A stretch of DNA of 63,128 nt, filler included, from Sphacelaria rigidula (taxonomy: Eukaryota): the NCBI GenBank assembly GCA_964200075.2. It is 7 parts of 7 records of this genome, joined end to end, with 100 filler letters (N's around TTAATTAATTAA, not from the genome) between each part and the next. Parts side by side here need not be neighbours in the genome. Positions count along the whole stretch, not along the records: positions 45,165 to 54,096 come from CAXNAA020009718.1; positions 54,197 to 63,128 come from CAXNAA020009719.1; 5 more parts are not named here. One strand, given 5' to 3'. Numbering within the stretch: position 1 is the first letter of the stretch; each line of letters opens with the position of its first letter. The notes beneath the pieces were generated by a model. The model was not told where the DNA came from and made no database searches. It worked only from the letters and a program-made list of their open reading frames with translations. The translations under genes were made by a program, and so were the position numbers. Shown piece by piece: positions 45,940 through 59,400 of this stretch.

Positions 45940-48900
45940 GAACGCGAACACGCCTTTTGGATGGACTTTGAGAAAGGACGCGCCGTCTGCGCCCCGGTTC
46001 CTCCACCCACTCCCACCTCACCCACATCAGGCGCTTCTCGTTCCCGGGCAGTCGCGCGCGAGCGTGCGGGCGTGGTTCTCCTGAACCGTTACTGGGGCGC
46101 TCTGGAACCGCCGATTGTTCCCGGAACAGATGACACCACCGTCAGCGGTGGCCGTGGGGTCAGCAGGCCCCTTCCCTGCCGCCCGCCCCGGCCGGAGTCT
46201 TACCGCGAAGACACCGCCGCGGCGCGCGGAATATGTGCGTGCAACAGGAGGACACAACCCCGCAGCGGCGACGGTGGTGGTAATTGCGGGGACGGGGTTA
46301 AGGGAGACGGGGACGGGGCTGGGAGGGTTGGTGTTGGACCGGACGGGATTTGTCACGAGCTTGCGGCAGCGGCCGAGTCGGGTTGGGATTTCAGTTCTCG
46401 GTGGGGGGACGGCGGCCGGCGTGATGCTCTCGCTGCGAGCGCTGCGAGCGCTGCGAGTTATTTGGTAGTTTTGGAGGAGATGGAGGGTGGCATGGGGGCA
46501 ACGGGCGTTGCCGGGGGAGGTGGCGAGAGTGATGTAGCTGCGGGTGGTCGTATCGGTAATGAATCTGGCTGTCAGAGGGAGGGGAGTGAGGAAGGAAACC
46601 GTGGTAACGGAAGTGTTGGGGCAGGGTCGTCGGAGGACGAGTCCTTTTGCCTGTGCGACACCGCGACGACAGCCGTCGTGCCCGCCGACTTGAACGCGTT
46701 CATGCATCGGGCAGAGCTAAATATCGCGCGGCTGCACCACGCACACCACGTGGCTTCTGTCAACGCGGCCTCTTGTTGTGATGTCTCGGACGAACCCGAT
46801 CAAGATCCGCCGCCTGGTTCAGCGGCCGTGGTGGGTGCGCACGCAGTAACGACAGCACGGCACGATGGACACGATGATCCCGAGGCGAGAACCAGGGAAA
46901 ACACGAACAGCAGCAGTCGCGGGCGTCGTTCTTCTTCCTCTGCCTCGACAACGACCAACGCCACCCCTCCGCCGCCACCGGCGCTGTTGACGCTAGATGA
47001 AATCCAGCGCAGGTATCTCTCGCGCGACCGCCGCGTCTACGGGTCGTCGTCCGGATTTGTCACACTCGACTGCTTGCCGCCGGAGATCGTCGGTGGCGTC
47101 GATGCTGCCGCTGCCTCGGGAGGCGTTGATGGCGGAGGCAACGGAGGCAACGGTTCGACCGCCATGCGGCAAGATCGAACTTATAGTGACGACTGCGAAT
47201 CTTCTTCCGAGGCCGGCGTGGGTGTGACCGCGGGTGGTTTTGGACTGGGATCGGACGTGCGTGCTGTGGTGCGATCACGGGGGGCGTTGTGCCAGAAGGC
47301 GATGTTGCTTCTGGCGGCGGCGCGGGCGCGGGCGAAGGCCATCGAACAGACCATGTGGGATGATGACCAAGCGCTATGGAGGGACCTACTTCTGCCGACG
47401 GGTCAGTTCGCGTATGCTCTCTTTCCTACTTTCTGCCGTACTCTTTCTCTCTCTCTCTATATATATATACATGCCCATCGTTTTGATTTCAATTTTTCAA
47501 AGCAACGAGCAACGAAATAAATACCTTCTGTACAACATATACGGGCGAATGAGGTCCAACGCTGTGAGTTGCGCGCTCGGCCCTGCTCCTCTTTTTTTGT
47601 CGCGCTTCGAACTGCTCCCCCTACTCGGGCTGAGTCCGTGGTCTCAAGGGATCAGCCCATCTCTTCCCGGTACATGCTTCGCATTGTGGTCTCAAGGGTT
47701 GGGTCAGAACTCCTGCACCGCGTCAACTCATGTCAAATAAACTCAGTCGACTATTAATACTTTGCTGCGCCGCAGATTTCTCGTGACTTGAGAGAATGTG
47801 CGTGTGCTTCCCTTCTCTGCCGCAGGAATTTCTGGACGGTTTGCTGCTGCCGAGCGACGGTTAATTCCTTGTTTATTGCCACTGAATTCGGCAAAGTCTG
47901 ATACGGTGCTCGATTTGACCTTCTGGTTGGTACTTTGCCGACGGATTGAGATCACTTTTTGAACCGATCGCACAACTTTTGAACTGACAAGATAGTGACC
48001 GGTGGTCGTATGTGTCCATGAGTTCCACTGAATATCCGGATTGACCAAATTCGCTCGGATTTCTTGCGAGCATCCATCCGTGAGTTTGTTATCTGCAGGA
48101 TATCGAAACACCGAAAAATCCAGGCCAGCTGCTTCTGCTTCAACGTATTTAGACAACTACTCGAGAATTGAAAACGACCTGCATCATGGATAGCAATACC
48201 TCAAAACGACTAGTGAAGCTGGAGTTGGGCGTACTCAATTGTTGCTTGCCTTCGTCGTTCGACCATTGACCACGCATTCCTTTCGAGACGGAGCAAGGCG
48301 GGGGGGTGCCTGGGTCGACAAGAAAGAATAATAGAAACAGCTGTTTACGGAGGTGGTATTCACCGTATCGTTTTTGCCCACGGTAGACCAATGGCGACAA
48401 TCCCGCTGCATGTTTCCGATCGAAAAAAGCTACGCTTTGGCATGGTCTCAACAGCGTCGAGCTGGCGTTGACCCATAAAAATAACATCTAGGAAGAGTGG
48501 AAATAATTACCCGTTTACTCCTTAGTGGGCACATAAGTAGTGCTCCCCGCCTTCTCCCAACATGCTCATCGGGGGAGCGGGGTGGTATATTACTGCATTG
48601 GCCTGTGACACACTGGTACCAACAGTGATTCCCCTGAATGTGCATGAGGCATCACCAAATCCCCTACATCCTACCCTGCTGATTCACGACAACCCTCCAC
48701 TCCGGGGACGAAATCACTTTTTGGCTGCCCCTCAAGCATGCTCGGGCGATGTTCTCCGCCATTTCGGCCCGTGACGGGCGAATGGCGATGCATCTGGACA
48801 CGAAAAGGTACCACAAAGACCCACACATCCTACCCTATGTATGTTTTACGTCCACACGCCTTCCACTCCGGGGGTATATTTCCTGCCATCCCCTCTTCGG

Positions 48901-51874
48901 AAAAGCTAAGGACCTGCAATCTACCGTTTTGCCCTGTAAATGTACGAGCGGCGATGCCCCTGGGGTTTCGGAAGGCGCCATCAAGACGCACAGACGTTAC
49001 CCTATCGATGCAGGGCAACCGCCCACCCCTCACCTCTTCAGTGTGAAATCATTTCCTACCATCCCCAAGTGTGGTAAGGGGGTATTGTCCATCAGTTTGA
49101 TCTACAGCCTACGAATGGTGATGCTCTGAACACGTGACATCAGTTAGACGTCCACACCGTACCGTGCACCTCCAAGAGATCTCGATTTATTTAGAAGAGG
49201 TCAAGACGATCACGCCCTTCGCCCGGCGCGGCTAGTTCTCCATCCGCGGACGAACCATCCGCCCGCCTAACCGCAACACAGCGTTCACCGATGTTGTCCA
49301 ATAATACGTGCCTACATGTCTATTGAGTGAACTCAATTTACGCTCTTCCGTGAGGTCTTTGAGATCATTGAAATGCGGCAAAACAAAAGCGTGCAATGCC
49401 GCAGGCTCATTTTACCCCCGATGCTGTACGAAGTTCAAGTGAAGTGTTCGGGACCCGTTCGACCAAACGGTTGAGTGACGCCGCGATAGCCCTCGCTCAA
49501 TTATCATCATCATTATGTGAAGACCATACATGTATGAGCGTAATGAACATCCAATTGCACATGTGAGCCGGAGAGACAGTCCCAGGGACGGAGTCCGCCA
49601 GTGACACACATGAGCGGACTCGAAACGTTCAAACCTGTGAAGCTGGATCTCTAGCAACCTAGGCAACAGGATCTTCTGTATAAAAACTCAGAACAATAGG
49701 AGTCACCGCATGAATCCTGGATGAACGGGACCGGTACAGCCGTACCGACCCGTTCACTCGTTCTTCTTGCCTACCCTTGACCACGGTCGAATCCTTGCCT
49801 AATCGTCAACGAGAAAATCACGCCTCGCTTTGGAGATCCTTCGGCAGCAGGGTACGACAACGTTATGCTGCCTCACCTCGAGCGAAGCCAGTTTCACAGT
49901 TACCTCATAGTTATTTTTTTTTATTATCATGATTATCATCATGATTATTTATTATTATTCATCACTATTTATATTTTTTTCACTATATATTACTAATTTT
50001 TATTTTATTTATATATTTTTTCCCACGCAAACCAGCCCCAATTTTTTCACTGAATGTAATGGTAATGCGGCGCGTGATGGCTGGTTTCAGACTGCGTGAC
50101 GTGACTCATGTAGGCGTCATTGACGAAGACGATCCCAAGCGTGGGAGAGTTCCCGGCTACTCGGTGTGCTCGGCTTTTGTCATTCTGATTTGCATGTAGG
50201 TTTGCCTCCTTAAACCAGTTTCTTTTCTGGGGGGGAGTGTGGCTGTCGCGGCATCACTCAGCTGAAACTTGCATCCGGCGTTGCAGTGGCTGGTGTTAAC
50301 CCAGTTCGTAGGGAAAGGCGTGTCTACCCCGCCTTGAATTGATGGCGACATCTCCATCTCCGGGTTGGGAGTTTGGATCAGCTTGCCTGCGACAGGTCGT
50401 ACTTGAAACGTGGTGAAAGCGCGAAATGCTTTCAATTGTTCTTTGTTATGTTATACGTCGGATTCGGTGCCTCTACCGAATGTCCGATCGGAATATACCT
50501 TAAACTGGTGTCAAGTGAATGGAAAATTGCCAGTGTAGTGTAATGCTCTACTCGTAGTAGCCTATTGATGATCACAGGATTTATTTCCCTGTTCTTTGAC
50601 TTTTTTTGTGCGTAATATTTTCCGTGCTTTCCTTCTGGTAGTCATGACTCCGCCCCCAACGTGGAGTAGGAAGTCGTTCTCGAAAGTTGAAGTGCTGATT
50701 CGATGCTACATGTCGGTCAGTTCCCTGGCTGTCTTTTTCCACAAGAAGATCGCATTGTCGGACGAAAAAGACCCGCAACTAGTATACCCCCCCCCCCCTC
50801 CCCTCCCCCTAAATGCCCTACATGCCCTAAATGCCACCCCTCATTGATGCGTTTTCGGCTTATCATGCGGCCCTATACCGGCACTTCTGCGTCGAGTTAC
50901 GTCGTACCTCATCGACCCTTATGTACTGCTTCCAAGTAAGGCGTTGCGTTTAGAGGTGAAAACAAAGGCACGACACCCCTTGAAGTTTTATTTTCGAGGA
51001 AATAATGTATGTACTTGGAGTCCTTGTGAAGAGAAGCAAACCTTTTTTCGATAAAGAAAATAACATTTGGTTCAAGTTTGGCGGGAGGGGGGGGGGAGGG
51101 GGAGGGAATACCTAAACCGTCAGATTTTCCACCTGTTACCCCACGGCTGATGAGTTTTCGGATCCAAAAAAGCCATGACACCAGAGGCAGTATACATAAT
51201 GATGTATGTGTCGCCGCGCCGCGGTGGTGTAATGGTCCGACTGTCGCCATTAGGTTGTGGAGAGAACGAGGGTTCGATTCCCGAGGCGTTGTTTTTTTCT
51301 TCGTAATCTCTGATTTCCACCGTGGAAAGCGTGAAAGCGTGAGTAAACGAAGTGGTCAACTGAGCTTGTTTGACTTGAGTTGACGCGGTGCGGGAGTGCT
51401 GATAGTCATGACCCAATCCGCGAGACCAAAATGCAAGGCGCGTGCCGAGGAGAGATGGGTTGATCCCTTGAGACCACGGACTCGTCCTGAGGAAGGGGAG
51501 GGGTTCAAACTGCGCCAAGTAAATGAATAATGAAATAAATATGTCATCTGGCAGGTATAGAAGTAGGAGAACGAACCAGGGTCCAAGTCGAGGTCTACCT
51601 AGTTGGGGAGACGGTGGATGACGTCCCAGTTTGCCGTAAACAGGAACTCTGATTCGTCCGTATCACCGTATATTACTGTCCTTGTCTTTCAGGAGGGCAA
51701 TCCACCAGCATCACGCCGGCTTGCTACATTCCGCTATGGGCCGGCCTTCCGTGGCCAAGGGCTCAGGATGGTGCGAGTGGTCGCGAGAGCGCCGGCGCGC
51801 GGCTGGCGCGCTCCGTTGCTTCGCTGAGGAGCAGTGGCCTTGTGCAAGCTGGTGGGGTATGCACATCTCTACAG
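45940..51874 (+). CDS. Trehalase (glycoside hydrolase family 37), internal exons 45940-47401 and 51693-51874
   Basis: EREHAFWM...LNRYW...PRPESYRED...ELAAAAESGWDFSSRW...VVPADLNAFM...AIEQTMWDD; donor GTCAGT at 47402; acceptor CAG ending at 51692; then PACYIPLWAG...SGLVQAGGVCTSLQ and donor GT at 51875. Phases are consistent. Confidence 0.92.
47597..47752 (-). repeat. 3' body of the tRNA-derived SINE (copy of 51355-51517)
   Basis: gagtccgtggtctcaagggatca...caccgcgtcaactca(t/a)gtcaaa matches the reverse complement of 51355-51517. Confidence 0.8.
48226..48295 (-). repeat. LINE 3'-end copy
   Basis: gggcgtactcaattgttgcttgccttcgtcgttcgaccattgaccacgcattcctttcgagacggagca. Confidence 0.85.
51213..51540 (+). 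mobile_element. tRNA-derived SINE (~330 bp)
   Basis: A-box TGGTGTAATGG (~51225), B-box GGTTCGATTCC (~51271), a body shared with 18067-18285 and 47597-47752, and an A/T-rich 3' end (aatgaataatgaaataaat). Confidence 0.8.
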
Positions 51875-52838
51875 GTGGGCAATCCGTTCTGTTATCGGTC
51901 AAGGGTGGCGGTGGTTGGCCGTAAGGTGGAGACCATTTTGCTGCGCGGTGGAGCGACGCGCTCGGGCTTCGCTGTGTTGGTGACGGGTAACAAGCTCGCA
52001 CTTTACGAAACCGCCAAAGATATACCGGCTGGTTCAGGGTGAACAACCGGAATTGTACTCCCCAGTGATTGCTCGGGCTGTTGGTGCGTTGAAGTATACA
52101 GATGTACGCGTAACCCCCCCCCCCCGCGCTCCTCCCTAATTACTTGATTATAGTATGATACCGACGTTTTCCTTGTTCGCTTGAACTTACACGACCGTTT
52201 GAGATGAGATTTTCGAGTTACGGACCGCGAATTCGTACAAATCTTTATTGGACTCTTTCGGGATGAGCTCCATTTGGATTTGTGATCTTTGAGCAATTTG
52301 TACTCGTTTTGGGGATGTTTCACGCTGGGACCCCCCGGAACCTAGTAGAAAGCGGATGATTTTTGAAATTTTCTTTAACGGTGTTGTTTCCCACTCAGAG
52401 CACCCGTAACTCCCAAACGGGCAAGTTTGACGGTGATCTGAGCTTTCCTATGAAAGTCACAAGGGAAAACGTCAAGAGACTTTTGGGGTCTTGGATGCAC
52501 CTTATCGGTTAAAATCCGACGACACAAAAATCCTACATCATCGAAATACCAGATTTTGGGGTGTAACTCGACCCCACACAAACCGTTTTCAAGTCGTTTT
52601 TTTTTGCGTTAGATTCCCCACGAGTAGCTGATGGCGGTCACAGAGGTTTGATTCGTGACGAGATTGGGTACAAATTGAGTTTGGAAATTCGCATTTTTTT
52701 ACGTCATAACAATTTGAAGGCCGGTGATTGATTGGCCGAGACATACTTTTCACTGCCAGCGCCACGGTAAAGGACGCAAAAAATAAATAAATCTGGTCAT
52801 GTCGCACTGTTCGCTAGCTCGTGGGGATCACTATGATA

Positions 52839-53155
52839 CAAGGGTCGGACGAATCAATGATTCGTCTGGAAATCACTTGATTTCAGTGTGAATGATTCGT
52901 ACCGGACGAATCAATGATTCATCTAGAAATCACTTGATTTCAGTGTAAACGATTCGTGCCGGATGAATCAATCCTCTATCTTTTGATTTCAGCGTTGCAA
53001 CACAGGTACACGCGGCCCCGGGACGTGGAATGGCGCAAAAGTTGCATGGAGACCTGCTTGACCAGCGGTCAAAGTTTTTCTCTCTTTCGAGCAACCGCAC
53101 CTGAAAAATCGTAGATTTAGTGATTTGAACTGGCGATGATTCGTCCGGACCGTGC
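52839..53155. repeat. Small TIR element with internal ~58-bp tandem repeats
   Basis: ggtcggacgaatca and tgattcgtccggacc form inverted ends; gacgaatcaatgattc...gaaatcacttgatttcagtgt occurs twice. Confidence 0.55.
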
Positions 53156-54381
53156 TACGATACCACTATATACACAATGAAAATCCGAAGTGCATGTTGT
53201 ACTGCAGCGTTAGTGTGAGTGGTGTCGGTGTTTGTGTCTTCCTCTAGACTTGACACGACTGGAAGTGTTCGTGCCTAATCGTGCGGTTTATGTATAGCTG
53301 ATGGTCGCAACCCTTTGCGGCGGTGCTGATTCTCGCCCGGCCTCCTCATCTGGAGTCTCTCGTGGGGTCTGTCGGGTTTTTCTGGGGAACGGAATGGTCC
53401 TCGTTCTCAGCCTGGCGTCTTTTGTCAGTTCACTCTGTAGCGTGACCGCGGGTATGGATTCGTAGAGGATCAGTTAGTGCGCGGCAATAAATCCATTTCG
53501 TAATCATTCAATGCGATTATCACCACTCTACCCGTGTGCGTGTGTTTTGGGTTGCTCTTGGCGCATATTATTATGGTTGATTGGTTGTTGATTGCTTGTC
53601 GCACGTCAACTAATCCCCTGCAAGTCATGATCCAGCCGTGGTCACGTTGTGGACGTAGCCGATAAAAAATAAAGATGAAACACTTGCTGAAGGAGCGTTA
53701 TTCCGTTAATGACCTCTACGATATATATTTTCGGGTTCATTGGGCCATATTTGTCGGGAATTTGACTTTTTCTAGGGCTGTGAACTAGCTGCTCTGGCCA
53801 GTCAAGTTTAAACTGGCCGCTGGCGCGGCGAGTACGTCGATTGTTTTCCAGTAAAGCGCTGCCGGAGGCGAGAAAAATTGCAGTATTTGGCTTGTTTTTC
53901 ACTCAAAAATGTGGAAAATTGTAGAAAATGTGACCCTTCACACTGAGGAGCTGAAAGCCTTGGGTGACACAGAAGTGCCCGACAAAAAACCCTCCGAGAT
54001 CCCATGTACCTCCCCCCCCCCCCCCCCCCCGCGCCGCGCAGCGGCCCGCGCGGCTGCCCATCGCAAGCTACCGTCCCGACTAGAACAGCCAAAAGANNNN
54101 NNNNNNNNNNNNNNNNNNNNNNNNNNNNNNNNNNNNNNNNTTAATTAATTAANNNNNNNNNNNNNNNNNNNNNNNNNNNNNNNNNNNNNNNNNNNNCAAT
54201 GTCCGAGGTAAGAGTTTTGCCCATTAATGATGCAGGCATAACCGGCCACTGAATCGAATGAAAAGGCTCCTCTCAATCGTATCGTAGGCTCTCAATCTTA
54301 CGAAACTACTTATATATGTTGGCGCACCAGCCGGAGTCACAGAGGAGGAAAGCCAGCACAGGAGGTTTTTCTTTCTTGTTT

Positions 54382-54638
54382 GAGTGATGCTACGGTAGGG
54401 GTACACAAATATTATCCGAGGTTAGAATTGTTAGGAGCCCTTGATCTCATCCAAAACACGCCTTTTGAAAATATGCGAGAGTACGCCAGGATTACTATTT
54501 TAATGTGCTTGGGATAGTCCGAATAAATCTGCAAACGGGGATACCCTGGCCCATATTCTTGTGCGTCCAGGATCGTTGGGAGCGCCTGAACCAGACAAAA
54601 TTTCGCGAAAAAAGTGCACCCTTACCGTAGCATTGCTC
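54382..54638. mobile_element. 257-bp MITE with GAG...CTC termini and a 4-bp TSD (Sola2-like); a second copy begins at 63065
   Basis: TIR gag(tg/ca)atgctacggta(g/a)gggt(a/g)cac. TSD GTTT at 54378-54381 and 54639-54642. 63065-63128 matches the reverse complement of ~54575-54638. Confidence 0.8.
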
Positions 54639-54649
54639 GTTTGTCTCTA

Positions 54650-54876
54650 GTACTCCACCTTCCTTTTGCGGTGCTTGCCTTTATTTTTCATCGCGAGAGG
54701 GGTTCAGCAGTCTCTTCCCCTCGTCGACCTTCAAGTCGATTTTTGTGTGCCCAGGACATTGTCGCTCTCCACTGTTGGGCATGGTGTGAGAAAAAATCCC
54801 ACATCACTCTGAGATTTGAACCACGACCCAACCGTCGGAAGGTTTCCAGCTCACCGACTGAGCCACCGAGGCGACC
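54650..54876 (-). mobile_element. Second tRNA-derived SINE-like element
   Basis: The minus strand begins ggtcgcctcggTGGCTCAGTCGG...GGTTCAAATC (A and B boxes), followed by a non-tRNA body. The 3' limit is approximate. Confidence 0.6.
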
Positions 54877-56403
54877 GGCAAGGTGAGTGAAGGAAGAAAA
54901 GGCTTCGCAGGTACAAGTAAAACGTGCCGAAGAAGTCTCCGCAACGAACGCTGTCCACCACTTTTGCAGAAGACTACTCTCAAGCCCTATCCGAACGTAT
55001 GCGAGCACCGAGACCTGGGATGAAACAACGTTTTCTAGATCTACACACCCCACCCCTAGTTCAGCGTTCTAAATATACAAAGCATGCAACTTTAGGCGTG
55101 TGATAAGTGAGAGAGCGAAACATGGAGACTACCCATGAAAACCCTTCTCAACTAACTTCAAGCGTAGCAGCATCCATGCAAGAGACGGGGTATATTCATT
55201 CAACGATCTTCGACATCCACGACATCGTTGGGCCGAACGCGAGAAACCTTACTTTGTCGCATGAATACATCCCAGTATCGAGTGGCATCAGAAAGAGACA
55301 AGATGACAGTACAGGATCACCAATCAAGCGAAATGTTATCTCAGCAACCCCTCAAACGGACAAAGGGGTGTCCTAGAGATGATGCCTGGTCTAGTACCTT
55401 GTGCTCAGAAAACGGTGTCATCCATCCAACGGCCTTGACGGGGAAAGGATGCATCCACACTTCCTGGCCAACGTTTCTTCAGTCGGCTCAGAGAAACCCA
55501 GAGTGCTTGGGGAAAGCGATTCACAAAGCAAAACTTGTTGTGGTTTGTTGGAACTGTCACGGCATCAAAATGCACCAACTGACTCACCTCTGATCGCTGT
55601 CTCAGCTCCCGATCTGCCTCCAAAATAACCACAAGGGGAAAAAAACGTTGGTCGGATCACATCACCAACACCACATGATCCACACTCGACATGCAACGTG
55701 CCGACACCATCCCGCCGACCCAAGGTATACAGTAGCTGGGCAAAGTATGCATGCACGACGAGCAACGCCCGCCTTCACAAAACTACGATCAAGGTGAAAA
55801 AACCTGTCCCTCGCTTTACCGGCGTCGCTGCTTCTTTCAATCACCTTGTCTTCACGACGTCGCGCGACGGCCCACCAAAAAATCACGTCGCACACATGCA
55901 ACAAAGAGAGCACAAAATAATCTGCACTCTCCCCCCCCCACACTCACACCGTGCGCGCGGCAGCTTGGACCCGTAGTACATACCAAAAAGCATCTTGACG
56001 TCATCTCGCGACCGCGGGACAAATGGTGGACAAAAACTGTGCGGTATGTGTGATATTTACACACCTCGTTGGCAAATAGAAAAACCTCTCAATATCTCTC
56101 ACGCATTTTACACACTACACGTAGCGGGTAGTTTTTCATCGGCCAAATAACCACATCGCCCCCTCGGTACGGATTTGTTATACAGGTAATGCGTGTTTGG
56201 TATTTATTGAAAACAGTGTATCATACTCTCGACTACAACATCATTCCTGAATGTATCATAAAGATTCAAACCCTGTTCACGGTGAATGGGTACAGCCCCG
56301 CCCCCTTCCTCCCAGGGCACTCGTCCAAGTCACTCTTACGTCCAACCACGACACTCTTACCCCCCACCAACAACACAAGGGTGAAATGAAGACGTTCTAC
56401 AAG

Positions 56404-59400
56404 CTAGCCCTGACCCGCGAGCACAGGTGGCGCACGTCGACCCGACTCGAACAGCTCTGAGCCGATCTCCTGGCTCCCGCTAACATCCATCAGTAACGAA
56501 CTCGCCTGCTCCAACCGGCACTCTCCTCCCCTCACCGTGTCCACTGCGTACGAGTACAGTATCCCTTCACTTGTAACGACCAACAATATTTCCCCCTCCC
56601 CTTCCTCCTCCTCATCCCCGCCCACTCCACTCCCCACCCCCCTTGCGCTGTCGTCACCGTTTCTATTGTCATATACATTCCTCACACTCCGGCCGCCCGC
56701 CCCCCCACGCGGACCCCAATCTCCGACGTCACCCGCTGGAATCAACGCGCAGATACTGCGACCGGCACTTCCTCGCAGTCGGACGCTTGCGAAGGATCGG
56801 TTGCAATCGACGTAGTCCTGCACGCTCTTGGTAACACGATTCGGCAGCAGGCCGACCACAGACCGGAGGCCGCTCGCCAGCCCACCCCCACTGGTCTCTC
56901 TGCTGTGGTTGTGGTTACCCCCCCAACTGCTACTGGTTCCATCTGCTGTGAGACCTCCCTGTCTGACAGAGTTTTGGTCTCCGCTGTTACCACCACCATT
57001 GCCGCCGCCGCTTTGTTCAAATTCTACTCCCTGTCTGATTCCTTTGTCGGCTCCGGTGCCGCCAGCACTACCACCACTAGCGATATTGAGTTGCTGCTGC
57101 TGCCCTGCGCTGTTTGCGCCAGTCCTCACTCTAGATCGCCCCCGCTCTCTACTCCCGCCGGCGGCACCTCGCTCACCGGCGTTTGCGGAGACGTCGAATA
57201 TGTGTATCGTGCGGTTCGAGCTCGACACGGCGAGGCGGGTGGCGGCGGCATTGAACGACATGGAATAGATTCCGCAGCTCGTGGTACCTCTTCGAAGCGT
57301 GTACGTCTGTAGGTGTATTGTGAGGGCGATGCGGGGTACGGGATTATTGACAGGTGTCAACACAGAAAATCACGGGGGCGCGGGTACAGGCGACAATGAG
57401 CAGACATTCATCCAGGACCAGGGCGCGATAAATCCTTGCACAAAAAGGAGGAAGAGCAGATCGTGGCACTGTTAATGTCAACTCCACGGATCGTTGTCTC
57501 CGTTGCCACAAAAAACGTGAGAGAGTCGCAGAAACAATAGCCATGAAAAGCGATGAAAAATGACTTGCTCGAGGTGGACGAGGATATCTTCAAATTTACG
57601 GTTCATTGCTGGTCAACGCTACAACACAGTGACATTGAAAGGCCGTGCGTGGGGTAGAATAGACTCATTATTTGCATGCATTACCTGTCAACCCGTATGT
57701 ATATCATGGATCTTGACGAGATAAATAAACCGCCACGACTTCCATCAGAATTTTTTCATAGCTCACTACTTTGTCGCATTAAAGCTCCTCCATCTATCTT
57801 CAACACGACCTCGAAAAGCGGGGGAATGGACACCCCACCTACAACACAGCACAGCATTGAGCGGGTCAAACTGGGAAGCGCCTACGGTATCTGTGCCTTT
57901 CGTCGATTGTTACCTTCACCGCGGCCGGCACCGTGAATATCCGGATGACCGTCCCCTGCTCCGACGCTGTGGCAAGGAGCTTCCCATCGCGACTAAAGCT
58001 AACCGCGACCACCCTGCTGCGGCAGGCTACCACCTTGTTCATAACCTTCAGGTCTAGCGCATCGTACAAGATTACCTGACGCGATAAAAGTCATCAGAAC
58101 AAAATGCACAGGAGAGCGGTTTGGCCTAACGGTCACCGCCTCAATAGTCAACAAAACTCCCGTATACCCATGACACGCTAACGCGTGTATGGTTCGGGGA
58201 CCCCCTGACGCCCCCCCTCCGTCACTGAAGAAGGATTCGAAAGACGAAAATCTATGGTCAAGCGCGAAGTCGCTGACACATGAAACAGACAGCATTTTTT
58301 TCGCGAGCGTGCCAAGCACCGCCAACATCAAGTCGTAGTTGCGGAAATCAAATGAAGCGCAAAGCAAGAAGAATGGGGTAGGGGGGGGGGGGTCACTGCG
58401 CGAGCACGATCAAGAAAAAATGGAGCAAAGGAAAGATGAAAATCGAACGGAAAGAAGTAACTCATGCCACGAGCAGCATACAAAGGCCAAGCCACATAAG
58501 CGCACCCCTGCGGGAACTAAACGAGAGAGTTCATGGCAAACCACGGGTTGGTCGGGAAAACGAAACGGAACATGAATGTTCAGATTACAAGCCTATTTTC
58601 CAGCCTTTTTTTCGCTGGCACCCCCCCCCCCACAACCCAGCTCGCCTCCAACCACCCCGTCAATCGGGCGCACTCGAGGCATCACACCATACCCCGCCCT
58701 CTCCTCTGGCGTGCACTCCGGCCAGTCAGGGAGTCTAAAGTACACACGGCTTCAGCTCGGCTCAGCGGCACGAAAAATAAAGTAATATTAAAAGTGAAGC
58801 AAGCTGAGAAGGGGTATTCAGGGTCGGGGCCCAGCATGGCGAAACAAAAACAAGAGTAAAAGTCGCACGGAAAGCTGAAAAAAAAAACGTGCGAGGCACG
58901 TACACTTCTTCACACCCTGGACAATCGATTATATGCTCAAAAAATGTACTGTTTACAGTATGGAACATTTTGTCTGTTGCAACGGGCGCGATAGGCGCAA
59001 TAGGCGATACTGTGCACAGTACAATTTTTGACGGCGTATTCTTTTGTCATTATCCAGGGTGTGCACTTCTTTTGGTGACAGACTCGAGCGCAATCAAGGC
59101 ATAAGAATGCCTACACCACATTTTCAGCACAAACCGTGCAGGAGTTGTCAAACGAGGCCGCCGAGGAGTTTTGAGTGTGCACGGATACTGGCCCCTTGCA
59201 ATACCTAACGATAGAAGGCAAAGACACCCTTTGTATACTCCACTGCACCCCAAACATATATTCAGCACCAAGTATACGCAAGGCATATATGACAGCTACA
59301 ACGCTCTTGAACGTCAAGAAAAAAATCATTTGATGAATGGAGCTGTAGCTACCTGCCTCTGCTTATTTCCTGGTTTGGTGAACGAACGACAGTCAACTAC

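Noticed and set aside
51213-51290. tRNA genes here and at ~1735-1765, ~11015-11035, ~44795-44815 and ~54800-54876
   Set aside because: Only A/B-box or T-arm similarity without a complete cloverleaf. These are better explained as SINE heads or chance matches.
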